Origin: an uncultured Actinomycetes bacterium
Lineage (GTDB): Bacteria; Actinomycetota; Acidimicrobiia; IMCC26256; PALSA-610
Direction: 5' to 3'
NCBI GenBank assembly: GCA_963782465.1
Contig: CAWAJR010000007.1
Coordinates: 347,016-411,015 of the forward strand
DNA length: 64,000 bases
The notes under the pieces were generated by a model, which saw only the letters and a list, made by a program, of their open reading frames with translations, did not search any database and had not been told where the DNA came from. This document shows, one piece after another, positions 52,294 to 61,875 of the stretch. Within the stretch, counting starts at the first letter, position 1. Each line of letters opens with the position of its first letter. The translations under genes and the position numbers were made by a program.

Positions 52294-54950
52294 TCACCCG
52301 CCGTCGTGAGCGCTCCGGCGGAACTTGTCGAACGTGTCGGCGCCGAGCACGACGATCGGTGCGCAGAGGGCCACCGCGAACCCGGCCAGGGTCGGGCACG
52401 CGTGGTGGAGCAAGGAGGCGAGGGGTGCCACGCCGAGGAACGCGGCGACCAGCACGACCTCGGTCAGCACCGCAACGAGCAGGAACCGGTTCGTCGATTT
52501 CACGAGGTGCCGCGCCGGGATCGTATTGCTGCGGCAGGCGAACGCATTCGCCATCTGCCCCAGGACCACCGCCGCGAACGCCGCTCCCGAAGCTGTCAGC
52601 AGCGTGTGCCCGTGCACGAACGCGTCGCCGGGCCGCCATCCCGCGACGAGATAGGTCGTGAGGAAGGCCGCCATCTCGACGACCGCTTCGGCCGGCCCGA
52701 GGACACCGAACGCGCGGCGGGCGACGATCCGATCGAGAAGATGCCCGCTCGCCGGCGGCTGGCGGAGCGCCCGCTCGTCGGGTGGTTCGGCGCCGAGCGC
52801 AACCGCGGGCAGCGTGTCGGTCCCGATGTCGAGCGCCAGCACCTGGAGCACACCGAGCGCGAGCGGGAAGCGACCGCCCGACAGTGCCCACACGACGAAC
52901 GGGGTGAGCTCCGCGACGTTGTCGGTCAGGTGGTAGGTGAGGAAGCGGCGCACGTTGGCGAAGACGGCCCGCCCCTGTTCGATGGCGGCGACGATCGTTG
53001 CGAAGTCGTCGTCGAGCAGGACGACGTCGGCGGCTTCCACCGCGACATCGGTACCCGAACGGCCCATCGCGATGCCGATGTCGGCTTCCTGGAGCGCGGG
53101 CCCGTCGTTGACGCCGTCGCCGGTCATCGCGACGACGTGGCCCCGGGCACGCAGCGCGCGTGCGATACGCAGTTTCTCCTCCGGCGAGACGCGGCTGACG
53201 ACGACACCGTCACGATCGATGAGCGCGCCGAGCACGGCATCGTCGCGGGGCAGCGTGTCGCCGTCGAGCACGAGGCCGTCGTCGGGTGCGAGACCAACCT
53301 CGCGTGCGATCGCGGTCGCGGTGATCGGGTGGTCGCCGGTGATCATCGCGATCTTCATCCCCGCCCGCCGGCACGCGTCGATCGCGGCCTTGGCGTGAGC
53401 GCGGGGCGGGTCTTCGAGCCCGACGATCCCGAACAGGACGAGGTCGCGTTCGGCGTCGGCGGCCGTGGCCGGCACCGCGCCGCCGGCGTCGCGGCCCGCG
53501 ATGGCAAGGAGCCGCAACCCGCGCCGCGCCATGCGTTCGATCGCCGCGGAGGCGTCGTCATGGTTCCCCGCCGTGCAGCGCGGCAGGACCGCGTCGGGCG
53601 CGCCCTTCACCAGAATGCCGTCGCCGGTGACCACCGACATGCGGCGGCGCCGCGCATCGAAGGGGAACCGGCCCGTTCCGGCGCATCGCGCGCGCGCCGT
53701 TCGACATCGATGTTCGCACGGCGGGCGAGCACGTCGAGTGCCGCCTCCATCGGGTCGCCCTGCGCGCGCCATTCGCCGTCGACAAACGCAACGCGACCAG
53801 TCGAGCAGCGCACCGCCGCGGCCGCGAGTTCCTCGAGCGTGGCGCGCGCCGCGTCGTTCTCGTAGGTCACCTCACCGGTCGGTACGTAACCCTCGCCCGA
53901 CACCTCGACGAGCCCGGCCGGCGTCCACACCTCGACGACCGCCATGCGGTTCTCGGTCAGGGTGCCGGTCTTGTCGGTGCAGATGAACGTGGTGGAACCG
54001 AGCGTCTCGACCGCCTCGAGGCGGCGGACGAGTGCGTGCTTGCGCGCCATTCGCTGCGCGCCGATCGCGAGCGACAACGTCACGGTCGGTAACAAGCCCT
54101 CCGGGACGAGCGCGACGGTGACCCCGATCGCGAACAGCAAGCCGTCGGACGCGGGAGTCCCGGCGAGCAGGGCGACGACGAGGAACGCGGCACCGACCGA
54201 GACCGCCACGATCGCGATGATCGAGACGACCCGGCGAAGTTCCTGCGCGAGCGGCCCGCACGGGCGCGGCGTCGCGCGAGTCATTGCCGCGATGCTCGCC
54301 AGGCGCGTGCGGGGCCCGGTCGCCTCGACCACCGCGCGGCCCTGGCCCTCGACCACGAAGGTCCCGGCGTGAAGGGTCGTGCCTTCGGCCGCGACGACCG
54401 GGACGGTCTCACCGGTGAGCGTCGACGTGTCGATCGACAATGCATGCGTCGTGACCGCCCGCAGGTCGGCACTGATCCGGTCGCCGGCGTTGAGCAGTAC
54501 CATGTCGCCGCGCACGAGGTCGTCGGCGTCGAGTTCGTACGGCTGACCGTCGCGCACGACCCGCACCCGGCGGGGGAGGAGCTCGCGCAGTGCCTGCGCG
54601 GCTCGTTCGGCCCGGTATTCCTGCGCGAACGCGAAGACGCCGTTCAGCACGACGACGATCGCGATCGCGGCACCGAGTTCGGGCATCCCGGCCAGGACGG
54701 CCAGCGCGGCCGCGACCCACAGCATCATGGCGAAGAAATGCACGAACTGCGCGGCCAGCTGCCGCCACGCGGGGACGCCCGGCGCGGCGGGCAGCCGGTT
54801 CGGGCCGTCGGACGCGAGGCGTGCGGCGGCTTCGTGCGCGGTCAGGCCCTTGGCGAACGCCCCCGGTCCCGCTCGTTGCGGTGCGCCGTCGTCGTCTCCT
54901 TCTTCGACGACGGCGCGCAGTGCAGTCGGGCTATCGGGCGACGAAACCAC
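52294..54950 (-). pseudogene. P-type cation-transporting ATPase (P2-like, PEGL motif); frame broken near 53668-53684
   Basis: ORF 53607..54950 has [20 protein letters not shown] and the phosphorylation site [13 protein letters not shown] 52294..53772 continues with TGRFPFDARRRRMSVV..KGAPDAVL, MITGDHPITA, TGDGVNDGPAL and the C-terminal TM helices. The junction reads gcgccggaacgggccgg. Confidence 0.88.
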
Positions 54951-55689
54951 CGTCGACCGCGATCGCCTGGCCGGTGACGTAGCTCGCGTGGTCCGAGCAC
55001 AGCCACACGATGGTGTCCGCGATTTCCTCCGGGCGGCCCAGACGGCCGATCGGCTCGATCTGCACGAGCTGCCGGGTCGCTTCAGGGTCGCGGTGGGTGA
55101 AGCGGGTGATCATCTCGGTGTCGATCACCCCGGGGCACACCGCGTTCACCCGGATCCCTTGCGTCGCGTACTCGAGGGCCGCGTTCTTCGTGAGCCCGAT
55201 GATGCCGTGCTTCGACGCAACGTACGCGGGGCTTCCCTCGAACCCGACGAGGCCGGCAACCGACGACGTGTTGACGATCGCACCGCCACCCGTCGCGAGC
55301 ATCACGGGGATCTCCTCGTGCATGCAGAGAAAGACGCTCGTGAGGTTCACGTCGATGACCCGGCGCCAGTTCGCGAGTGTGCAGTCGGCGGTGGGCGCGG
55401 TGACACCCTCGATGCCGGCATTGTTCGCGGCGTAGTCGAGCCGACCGAAACGTCGCACCGCTTCCTCGACGAGATGGTGCACGTCGTCCGGGACGGTGAC
55501 GTCGGTCCGTACGAAGAAGGCGTCGACGCCTTCGTTGGCGACCTCGGCGGCGGTCTTTTCGCCTCGCTCGACGTCGACGTCGGCGACGACGACCCGGCAT
55601 CCGGCCCGGGCGAACGCGAAGGCCGTCGCGCGGCCGATACCCGCGCTCGCGCCGGTGACGATGGCAACGTGCGGTTCGGTGGTGTTCAT
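54931..55689 (-). CDS. SDR family oxidoreductase
   Basis: TGASAGIGRA, NNAGI, YVASKHG. SD aaggag upstream of ATG 55689. Confidence 0.9.
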   Translation of the reverse strand: MNTTEPHVAIVTGASAGIGRATAFAFARAGCRVVVADVDVERGEKTAAEVANEGVDAFFVRTDVTVPDDVHHLVEEAVRRFGRLDYAANNAGIEGVTAPTADCTLANWRRVIDVNLTSVFLCMHEEIPVMLATGGGAIVNTSSVAGLVGFEGSPAYVASKHGIIGLTKNAALEYATQGIRVNAVCPGVIDTEMITRFTHRDPEATRQLVQIEPIGRLGRPEEIADTIVWLCSDHASYVTGQAIAVDGGFVAR

Positions 55690-55794
55690 GTCGATCTCCT
55701 TGCTTTCGTCCTCGATCCTGCGCCGCCCGGCGCCGCCGCACGATGCGCAAAGTGCCGATGTTGGGTGCCGAAGGTCCCGATGCGGATCGCCGGT

Positions 55795-56475
55795 TCACGA
55801 ACCCGGCGGGGCGGGCGAGACCGGCGGGATGTCGTGCAACACGCTCGGCCGGCGGAAGTGCGACGTGCGGTAGGTGTCGACGAGGCGCCGGACGAGCCGG
55901 GCCGGGTCGTCGTCGTAGAGCACGCAGGCACCCGTGTGCTTCGCGATCCGCTCGACGAGCTCGCCCACCATGTCGGCGATGCCGCCCGTGCCGGTCAGCA
56001 CGCCGAGGAGCCGGCCCTCGTCGTACGCGATCGCGAACTCGCCGAGCGTGCCGGAACGCCCGCCGACGATCACGACGATGTCCGACGAGCGGATGGTGAC
56101 GACCTCGCGGCCCATGAGGCCGGAGCCCGTGTACACGAGGACGTCGAAACCGGCGACCGGTGCACCGAAGCGCGTGAGGTGCTCCGGTTCCGAGAGCGCG
56201 GGGGAGATCCCGACGACGAGCCCGCCCGCCGCCTTGGCGCCTTCGACCGCGGCGTAGGGCAGCCCGGCGCAGGCACCCGTCGTGAGCGTGCACCCCGCCG
56301 ATGCGATCGCGCCGCCGAGACGGCGTACGACCTCGACGACCGCCGGGTCGAGTTCGCCGCCGGCCGAGCCCATCACCCCGATGGCGAGCGGCGGGTGTTG
56401 GAGTTCAGGTCCCTTCACGACCACGAGGATCGGCCCGCCGCCCGCGGGCCGACCAGGGCCCAAGGTCCGTCGCAA
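55795..56475 (-). CDS. TIGR00725 / LOG-like Rossmann-fold protein
   Basis: IGVMGSAGG..TGACAGLPYAA..VIVGGRSGTLGEFAIAY (the GGxGTxxE-like block of the LOG/DprA-like fold). The start is uncertain. Confidence 0.7.
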   Translation of the reverse strand: MRRTLGPGRPAGGGPILVVVKGPELQHPPLAIGVMGSAGGELDPAVVEVVRRLGGAIASAGCTLTTGACAGLPYAAVEGAKAAGGLVVGISPALSEPEHLTRFGAPVAGFDVLVYTGSGLMGREVVTIRSSDIVVIVGGRSGTLGEFAIAYDEGRLLGVLTGTGGIADMVGELVERIAKHTGACVLYDDDPARLVRRLVDTYRTSHFRRPSVLHDIPPVSPAPPGS

Positions 56476-56552
56476 CCGCGGCTCGCCGGGTGCGGCGGGG
56501 CGAGGACGTTTGGCCCTAGTCGCCGGGGTGCCCCGGTCGGGATCGTGAAACC

Positions 56553-58334
56553 GTGAAGGTTCCCCCGATTCGCAAGCGCGACGAGGATGCTCGCCGGGCC
56601 GTCCTCGCCGACTACGAACAAGCTCGGGCGACGTTCAGTTGGGAGGAGGCCCGCGCCCGCCTCGACGGACTTCCCGGCGGCCGCGGGCTGAACATCGCCC
56701 ACGAAGCCGTCGACCGGCACGCCGCCTCCGCGCACGCGGACCACGTCGCGATTCGCTGGCGCGGCAAGCGTGGGGAGCGGCGCGACATCACCTACACCGG
56801 GCTCCGCGACGAGACGAGCCGTTTCGCGAATGCGCTCGACGCGCTGGGGGTCGGCGCCGGGGAACGGGTGTTCACGTTGCTCGGCCGCGTTCCCGAACTC
56901 CATGTCTCGGTGCTCGGGGCCCTCAAGCGCGGCGCCGTCGCGTCGCCGCTCTTCTCGGCGTTCGGTCCGGAGCCGGTGCGGCAACGGCTCGCGATCGGCG
57001 ACGGTCGTGTCCTCGTGACGACGCGCGCCCTCTACGATCGGAAGGTCGCACCAGTGCGCGACGAGGTTCCCGGCCTCGAGCACGTACTGCTCGTAGGCGC
57101 CGGCGCCGACCCCGCGGGCATACCCGGCGGTCAGCGGCTCGACGATCTGCTCGCGGCGGCGTCGCCGAGCTTCACGATTCCCCGAACGCGGCCCGACGAC
57201 CTCGCGCTGTTGCACTTCACGAGCGGGACGACGGGGACGCCCAAGGCCGCGATGCACGTGCACGAGGCGGTCGTCGCCCATCACGTCACCGGCGCGTACG
57301 CGCTCGACCTGCACCCCGACGACGTCTTCTGGTGCACGGCCGACCCGGGGTGGGTGACCGGCACGTCGTACGGGATCATCTCGCCGCTGACTCACGGCGC
57401 GACGGTTGTCCTCGTCGAGGCGGAATTCGATGCGCAACGTTGGTACGAGACGCTCGAACGCGAACAGGTCAACGTGTGGTACACCGCGCCGACGGCGATC
57501 CGCATGATGATGCGAGCCGGGCCACTTACCGGTGAGGGCCGCGACCTCTCCGCGTTGCGGTTCATCGCGAGTGTCGGTGAACCGCTCAATCCGGAAGCCG
57601 TACGGTGGGGTGTCGACGCGTTCGGGCTGCCGATCCACGACAACTGGTGGCAGACGGAAACCGGCGGGATCATGATCGCCAACTTCGCGGCGACCGACAT
57701 CAAACCGGGATCGATGGGACGCCCGCTGCCCGGGATCGACGCGGCCGTGCTCCTGCGCGACGAGCGCGGACATGTGGTCGTCGAAGACGGCGTCGCCGCG
57801 CTCGCTCCGACCGGCGTCGAAGGGGAACTGGCGTTGCGCGCGGGATGGCCGTCGATGTTCCGCGGCTACCTGGGAGAAGCGGAGCGTTACGCGAAGTGCT
57901 TCGCGGGCGGGTGGTACCTGAGCGGCGACCTCGCGACGGTCGACGAAGACGGGTACTTCTGGTTCGTCGGGCGAGGCGACGACGTCATCAAGTCGGCCGG
58001 GCACCTGATCGGCCCGTTCGAGGTCGAGAGCGCGCTGATGGAGCACCCGGCGGTTGCCGAAGTCGGCGTCATCGGCAAGCCGGACGCGCTCGTCGGCGCG
58101 ATCGTGAAGGCGTTCGTCGTCCTGCACGCCGGTTACGAACCGAACGAACAACTGAAGTTGGAGTTGATCGGCTTCGGCCGGAAGCACATGGGCGCCGCGG
58201 TGGCGCCGAAGGAGATCGCGTTCGTCGCGGAGCTCCCGAAGACGCGCAGCGGCAAGATCATGAGGCGGCTGTTGCGGGCACGCGAGCTGGGGCTGCCGGA
58301 GGGCGACCTCTCGACGCTGGAAGGGGAAGCGTGA
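56553..58334 (+). CDS. AMP-forming acyl/acetyl-CoA synthetase (AcsA-like short form)
   Basis: 593 aa. [51 protein letters not shown]. Confidence 0.88.
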   Translation: MKVPPIRKRDEDARRAVLADYEQARATFSWEEARARLDGLPGGRGLNIAHEAVDRHAASAHADHVAIRWRGKRGERRDITYTGLRDETSRFANALDALGVGAGERVFTLLGRVPELHVSVLGALKRGAVASPLFSAFGPEPVRQRLAIGDGRVLVTTRALYDRKVAPVRDEVPGLEHVLLVGAGADPAGIPGGQRLDDLLAAASPSFTIPRTRPDDLALLHFTSGTTGTPKAAMHVHEAVVAHHVTGAYALDLHPDDVFWCTADPGWVTGTSYGIISPLTHGATVVLVEAEFDAQRWYETLEREQVNVWYTAPTAIRMMMRAGPLTGEGRDLSALRFIASVGEPLNPEAVRWGVDAFGLPIHDNWWQTETGGIMIANFAATDIKPGSMGRPLPGIDAAVLLRDERGHVVVEDGVAALAPTGVEGELALRAGWPSMFRGYLGEAERYAKCFAGGWYLSGDLATVDEDGYFWFVGRGDDVIKSAGHLIGPFEVESALMEHPAVAEVGVIGKPDALVGAIVKAFVVLHAGYEPNEQLKLELIGFGRKHMGAAVAPKEIAFVAELPKTRSGKIMRRLLRARELGLPEGDLSTLEGEA

Positions 58335-59347
58335 GTACCTCTGCCCCGGTGCGGCTTTCGGCCGATCAGGCCAAGAAGCTCGTCTTCGAGATGACGCGCG
58401 TCCGCCGGTTCGAAGAACGCTGCGTCCAGCTGTACAGCGCGGCCAAGATCCGCGGGTTCCTGCACCTCTACATCGGGGAGGAAGCGGTCGCGGTCGGCGT
58501 GATGGAAAACCTCGCGCCCGAAGATGCGGTGGTCGCGACCTACCGCGAGCACGGGCACGCGCTCGCGCGAGGGGTGCCCACCCGGGAGCTCATGGCCGAG
58601 ATGTTCGGCAAGGTCGAAGGTTGCAGCCGCGGTCGTGGGGGCTCGATGCACATCTTCGACGCGGAACGCCGCTTCTACGGCGGGAACGCGATCGTCGCCG
58701 GTGGCCTGCCCGTCGCGGTCGGTCTCGCGCTCGCGGACCGGATGCAGGGGCGCGACCGGGTGACCGCGTGCTTCTTCGGTGAAGGTGCCGTCGCGGAAGG
58801 CGAGTTCCACGAGTCGATGAACCTGGCGGCCCTCTGGGGTCTGCCGGTCCTGTTCTGCTGCGAGAACAACCTCTACGCGATGGGTACGGCGTTGGCCCGT
58901 TCGGAGTCGGAGACCGACCTCACGCTGAAGGCGTCGGCCTACGAGATGCCGGCCTGGCCGGTCGACGGGATGGACGTCATCGCGGTGCGCGACGCGGCGA
59001 AGCGCGCCTGCGAGTCGATCCGCGCGGGCGGCGGACCGCATTTCCTCGAGTTGCGGACCTACCGGTTCCGGGCCCACTCGATGTACGACCCCGAGCGCTA
59101 CCGCGAGAAGACCGAAGTCGAACAATGGAAGGAGCGTGACCCGGTGGCGAGCATCGTCGTGGCCGTGCAAGCGGCCGGGCTCGTGACCGAAGACGAGGTC
59201 GCGGCGATCGAACGGGCCGTCGAGGAAGAGATCGACGAGGCCGTCGCGTTCGCCGAAGCGGGCACGATCGAACCGGTCGAGGACCTGACCCGTTTCGTGC
59301 TGAGCGAGCGGCCGGCGGTGCCGGGCGGCGGGAGCAGCGGGCGATGA
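58331..59347 (+). CDS. 2-oxoacid (pyruvate/acetoin-type) dehydrogenase E1 component alpha subunit
   Basis: GTG 58331 overlaps the upstream stop (GTGA). [16 protein letters not shown], the TPP-binding block [33 protein letters not shown], and YRFRAHSM. Confidence 0.9.
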   Translation: MSTSAPVRLSADQAKKLVFEMTRVRRFEERCVQLYSAAKIRGFLHLYIGEEAVAVGVMENLAPEDAVVATYREHGHALARGVPTRELMAEMFGKVEGCSRGRGGSMHIFDAERRFYGGNAIVAGGLPVAVGLALADRMQGRDRVTACFFGEGAVAEGEFHESMNLAALWGLPVLFCCENNLYAMGTALARSESETDLTLKASAYEMPAWPVDGMDVIAVRDAAKRACESIRAGGGPHFLELRTYRFRAHSMYDPERYREKTEVEQWKERDPVASIVVAVQAAGLVTEDEVAAIERAVEEEIDEAVAFAEAGTIEPVEDLTRFVLSERPAVPGGGSSGR

Positions 59348-60342
59348 GCAGCGACGGGGCGGTGAAGACGACCTACCGCGACGCGATCCGCGCCGCCATA
59401 CGCGACGCGCTGCTTCGCGACGAGCGCGTGTTCCTGATGGGCGAAGACGTCGGGAAGTACGGCGGTTGCTTCGCGGTGAGCCTCGGTCTCTTCGAGGAGT
59501 TCGGACCGGAACGCATTCGCGACACGCCGCTTTCCGAGTCGGCCTTTGTCGGTGCGGGCATCGGCGCGGCGCTCGGAGGCATGCGACCGATCGTCGAGAT
59601 CATGACGGTGAACTTCAGCCTGCTCGCCCTCGACCAGATCATGAACAACGCCGCGACCCTGCTGCACATGTCGGGCGGCCAGTGCAACGTCCCGCTCGTG
59701 ATCCGTATGACGACGGGAGCGGGGCGGCAGGTTGCCGCGCAGCACTCCCACAGTTTGGAGGGTTGGTACGCGCACATCCCGGGCCTGCGCATCGTCGCAC
59801 CGGCGACGCTCGAAGACGCACGGGGGATGTTGTGGACGGCGCTGGACGATCCCGACCCGGTGCTCTTCTTCGAGCATGGCGGCCTCTACAACATGGCGGG
59901 CGAGCTGGCCGCCGATGCCGGCCCCGTCGACATCGACCGTGCCGCGGTGCGCCGGCCGGGCGACGACGTGAGCGTGATCACCTACGGCGGCACGCTCCCG
60001 GCGGCCCTCGAAGCCGCAGAACTGCTCGCCGCCGAACAGGTGTCGGTCGAGGTTGTCGACCTGCGCACGTTGCGCCCGCTCGACGACGCGACCGTGATGG
60101 GCTCGGTGACGCGTACCCACCGCGCGGTCGTCGTCGACGAAGGCTGGCGTTCGGGCAGCCTCTCGGCCGAGGTCAGCGCTCGTATCCAGGAACAGGCGTT
60201 CTACGATCTCGACGCGCCCGTCGCGCGAGTCTGCAGCGCGGAAGTGCCGATGCCGTACGCAAGACATCTCGAGGAAGCCGCGCTGCCGCATGCCGCCGGT
60301 GTCGTCGACGCGGTTCGTTCGACCCTCCGGGGCGGGTCGTAG
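59344..60342 (+). CDS. 2-oxoacid dehydrogenase E1 component beta subunit
   Basis: ATGA overlap with the alpha subunit. [42 protein letters not shown]. Confidence 0.9.
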   Translation: MSSDGAVKTTYRDAIRAAIRDALLRDERVFLMGEDVGKYGGCFAVSLGLFEEFGPERIRDTPLSESAFVGAGIGAALGGMRPIVEIMTVNFSLLALDQIMNNAATLLHMSGGQCNVPLVIRMTTGAGRQVAAQHSHSLEGWYAHIPGLRIVAPATLEDARGMLWTALDDPDPVLFFEHGGLYNMAGELAADAGPVDIDRAAVRRPGDDVSVITYGGTLPAALEAAELLAAEQVSVEVVDLRTLRPLDDATVMGSVTRTHRAVVVDEGWRSGSLSAEVSARIQEQAFYDLDAPVARVCSAEVPMPYARHLEEAALPHAAGVVDAVRSTLRGGS

Positions 60343-60344
60343 CG

Positions 60345-61544
60345 ATGGGTGAATTCTGCATGCCCTCCCTCGGTGCCGACATGGACGAGGGCACCGTGGT
60401 CGAGTGGCTCGTCGGCCCGGGCGACACCGTCGCCAAGGGCGACATCGTCGCCGTCGTGAAGACCGACAAGGCCGACATCGAGGTCGAGATCTTCGAGTCG
60501 GGCACGGTGGGGGAGATCCTGGTCCCGGTCGGGACGACCGTCGAGGTCGGTGTCCCGCTCGCGACGATCGTGGGGGACGGGGCGCCCGCACCCGCGGTGC
60601 CTGCCGCGCCCGCGCCGGCGGAGCCTGCCGCGCCTGTCGTGCCGCCGGTCGTGGTGCGTGAAGCGCCGGCACCACCGCCACGCCCGGCCGCGGCGACCGG
60701 CCGCCCGCGCATCTCGCCGTACGCGCGGCGCCTCGCGTCGGAACTCGGTGTCGACGTTTCGGCCGCGGAGACATCCGGCGGCCTTCCGATCATGGCCGCC
60801 GACATCCGCCGGCTCGAAGCACAACCGCCGCCGGCGACGTCGAACGCGCCGACGGAGGCGGCCGCCGAGCCGGCCGACCAGGCAACGGCGATGCGACGCG
60901 CGATCGCGAACCTCATGGCGCGCTCCAAGCGGGAGATCCCGCACTACTACCTGCGCCAGCAGATCGACATGTCGCGAGCGCTCGCTCGGCTGGCCGAGTG
61001 CAACGCGAGCGAACCGGTCGAGCGGAGGGTGTTGCCCGGAGTGGTGTTGTGCAAAGCGACCGCGCTCGCGGTCCGCTCCTATCCGGAACTGAACGGCTTC
61101 TGGGTCGACGGTGGGTTCCAGCCCGCGACCGGCGTCCACCTGGGTGTTGCCATCGCGCTGCGCGGCGGTGGGCTCATCGCTCCCGCGGTGCACGACGCCG
61201 ACCAGCTCCCGCTCGTCGACCTCATGGCGACGTTGCGCGACCTGAGCATGCGCGCCCGCACCGGGCGGTTGCGCTCGTCGGAGATGAGCGACCCGACGAT
61301 CACCGTCACCAATCTGGGCGACCAGGGCGTCGACGCAGTCTTCGGTGTCATCTACCCGCCGCAGGTCGCGCTGGTCGGGTTCGGCAAGGTGGCCGAGCGG
61401 CCGTGGGTCGAAGGTGACGCGGTCGTGGTTCGCCCGGTCGTCGAAGCGTCGCTGGCCGCCGATCACCGCGCCACCGACGGGCATGTCGGCGCGCGCTTCC
61501 TCGCCGCGATCGAGCGGCTGCTGCAACATCCGGAGGAGCTGTGA
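60345..61544 (+). CDS. Dihydrolipoamide acyltransferase (E2) component
   Basis: Lipoyl domain with VVKTDKADIEVE, Ala/Pro-rich linkers, a subunit-binding domain (ISPYARRLASELGVD) and a catalytic domain with LAADHRATDG. Confidence 0.9.
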   Translation: MGEFCMPSLGADMDEGTVVEWLVGPGDTVAKGDIVAVVKTDKADIEVEIFESGTVGEILVPVGTTVEVGVPLATIVGDGAPAPAVPAAPAPAEPAAPVVPPVVVREAPAPPPRPAAATGRPRISPYARRLASELGVDVSAAETSGGLPIMAADIRRLEAQPPPATSNAPTEAAAEPADQATAMRRAIANLMARSKREIPHYYLRQQIDMSRALARLAECNASEPVERRVLPGVVLCKATALAVRSYPELNGFWVDGGFQPATGVHLGVAIALRGGGLIAPAVHDADQLPLVDLMATLRDLSMRARTGRLRSSEMSDPTITVTNLGDQGVDAVFGVIYPPQVALVGFGKVAERPWVEGDAVVVRPVVEASLAADHRATDGHVGARFLAAIERLLQHPEEL

Positions 61545-61786
61545 ACACGACCGACCCGGCCGAGACGATCCGCGCGACGCTCGCGCGTATCGCACCCGAA
61601 GCCGACTTCGACGCGCTGTCCCCCGATGCCGATCTCCAGGAGGCCCTCGATCTCGACTCGATGGACTTCCTCAACTTCGTCATCGGGTTGAAGGAGGCAA
61701 CCGGCGTGGAGATCCCCGAGCACGACTATGCCCAGGTCGCGACGCTCAGAGGCTGCATCGAGTACCTCGCTGCTCGCGCCCGCTGA
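61541..61786 (+). CDS. Acyl/peptidyl carrier protein (phosphopantetheine attachment site)
   Basis: GTG 61541 overlaps the E2 stop (GTGA), with SD ggaggag 3 nt upstream. 81 aa with LDLDSMDFLNFVIGL (a DSx Ser motif). Confidence 0.8.
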   Translation: MNTTDPAETIRATLARIAPEADFDALSPDADLQEALDLDSMDFLNFVIGLKEATGVEIPEHDYAQVATLRGCIEYLAARAR

Positions 61787-61875
61787 GGCGTCACGGCCCC
61801 CCAGGGACCATCGCCTCTGTTCCCTCCGGGCATCGCGCACGACGCTGGTCACATCGCCCGAGAGCGAGGTGTGAG

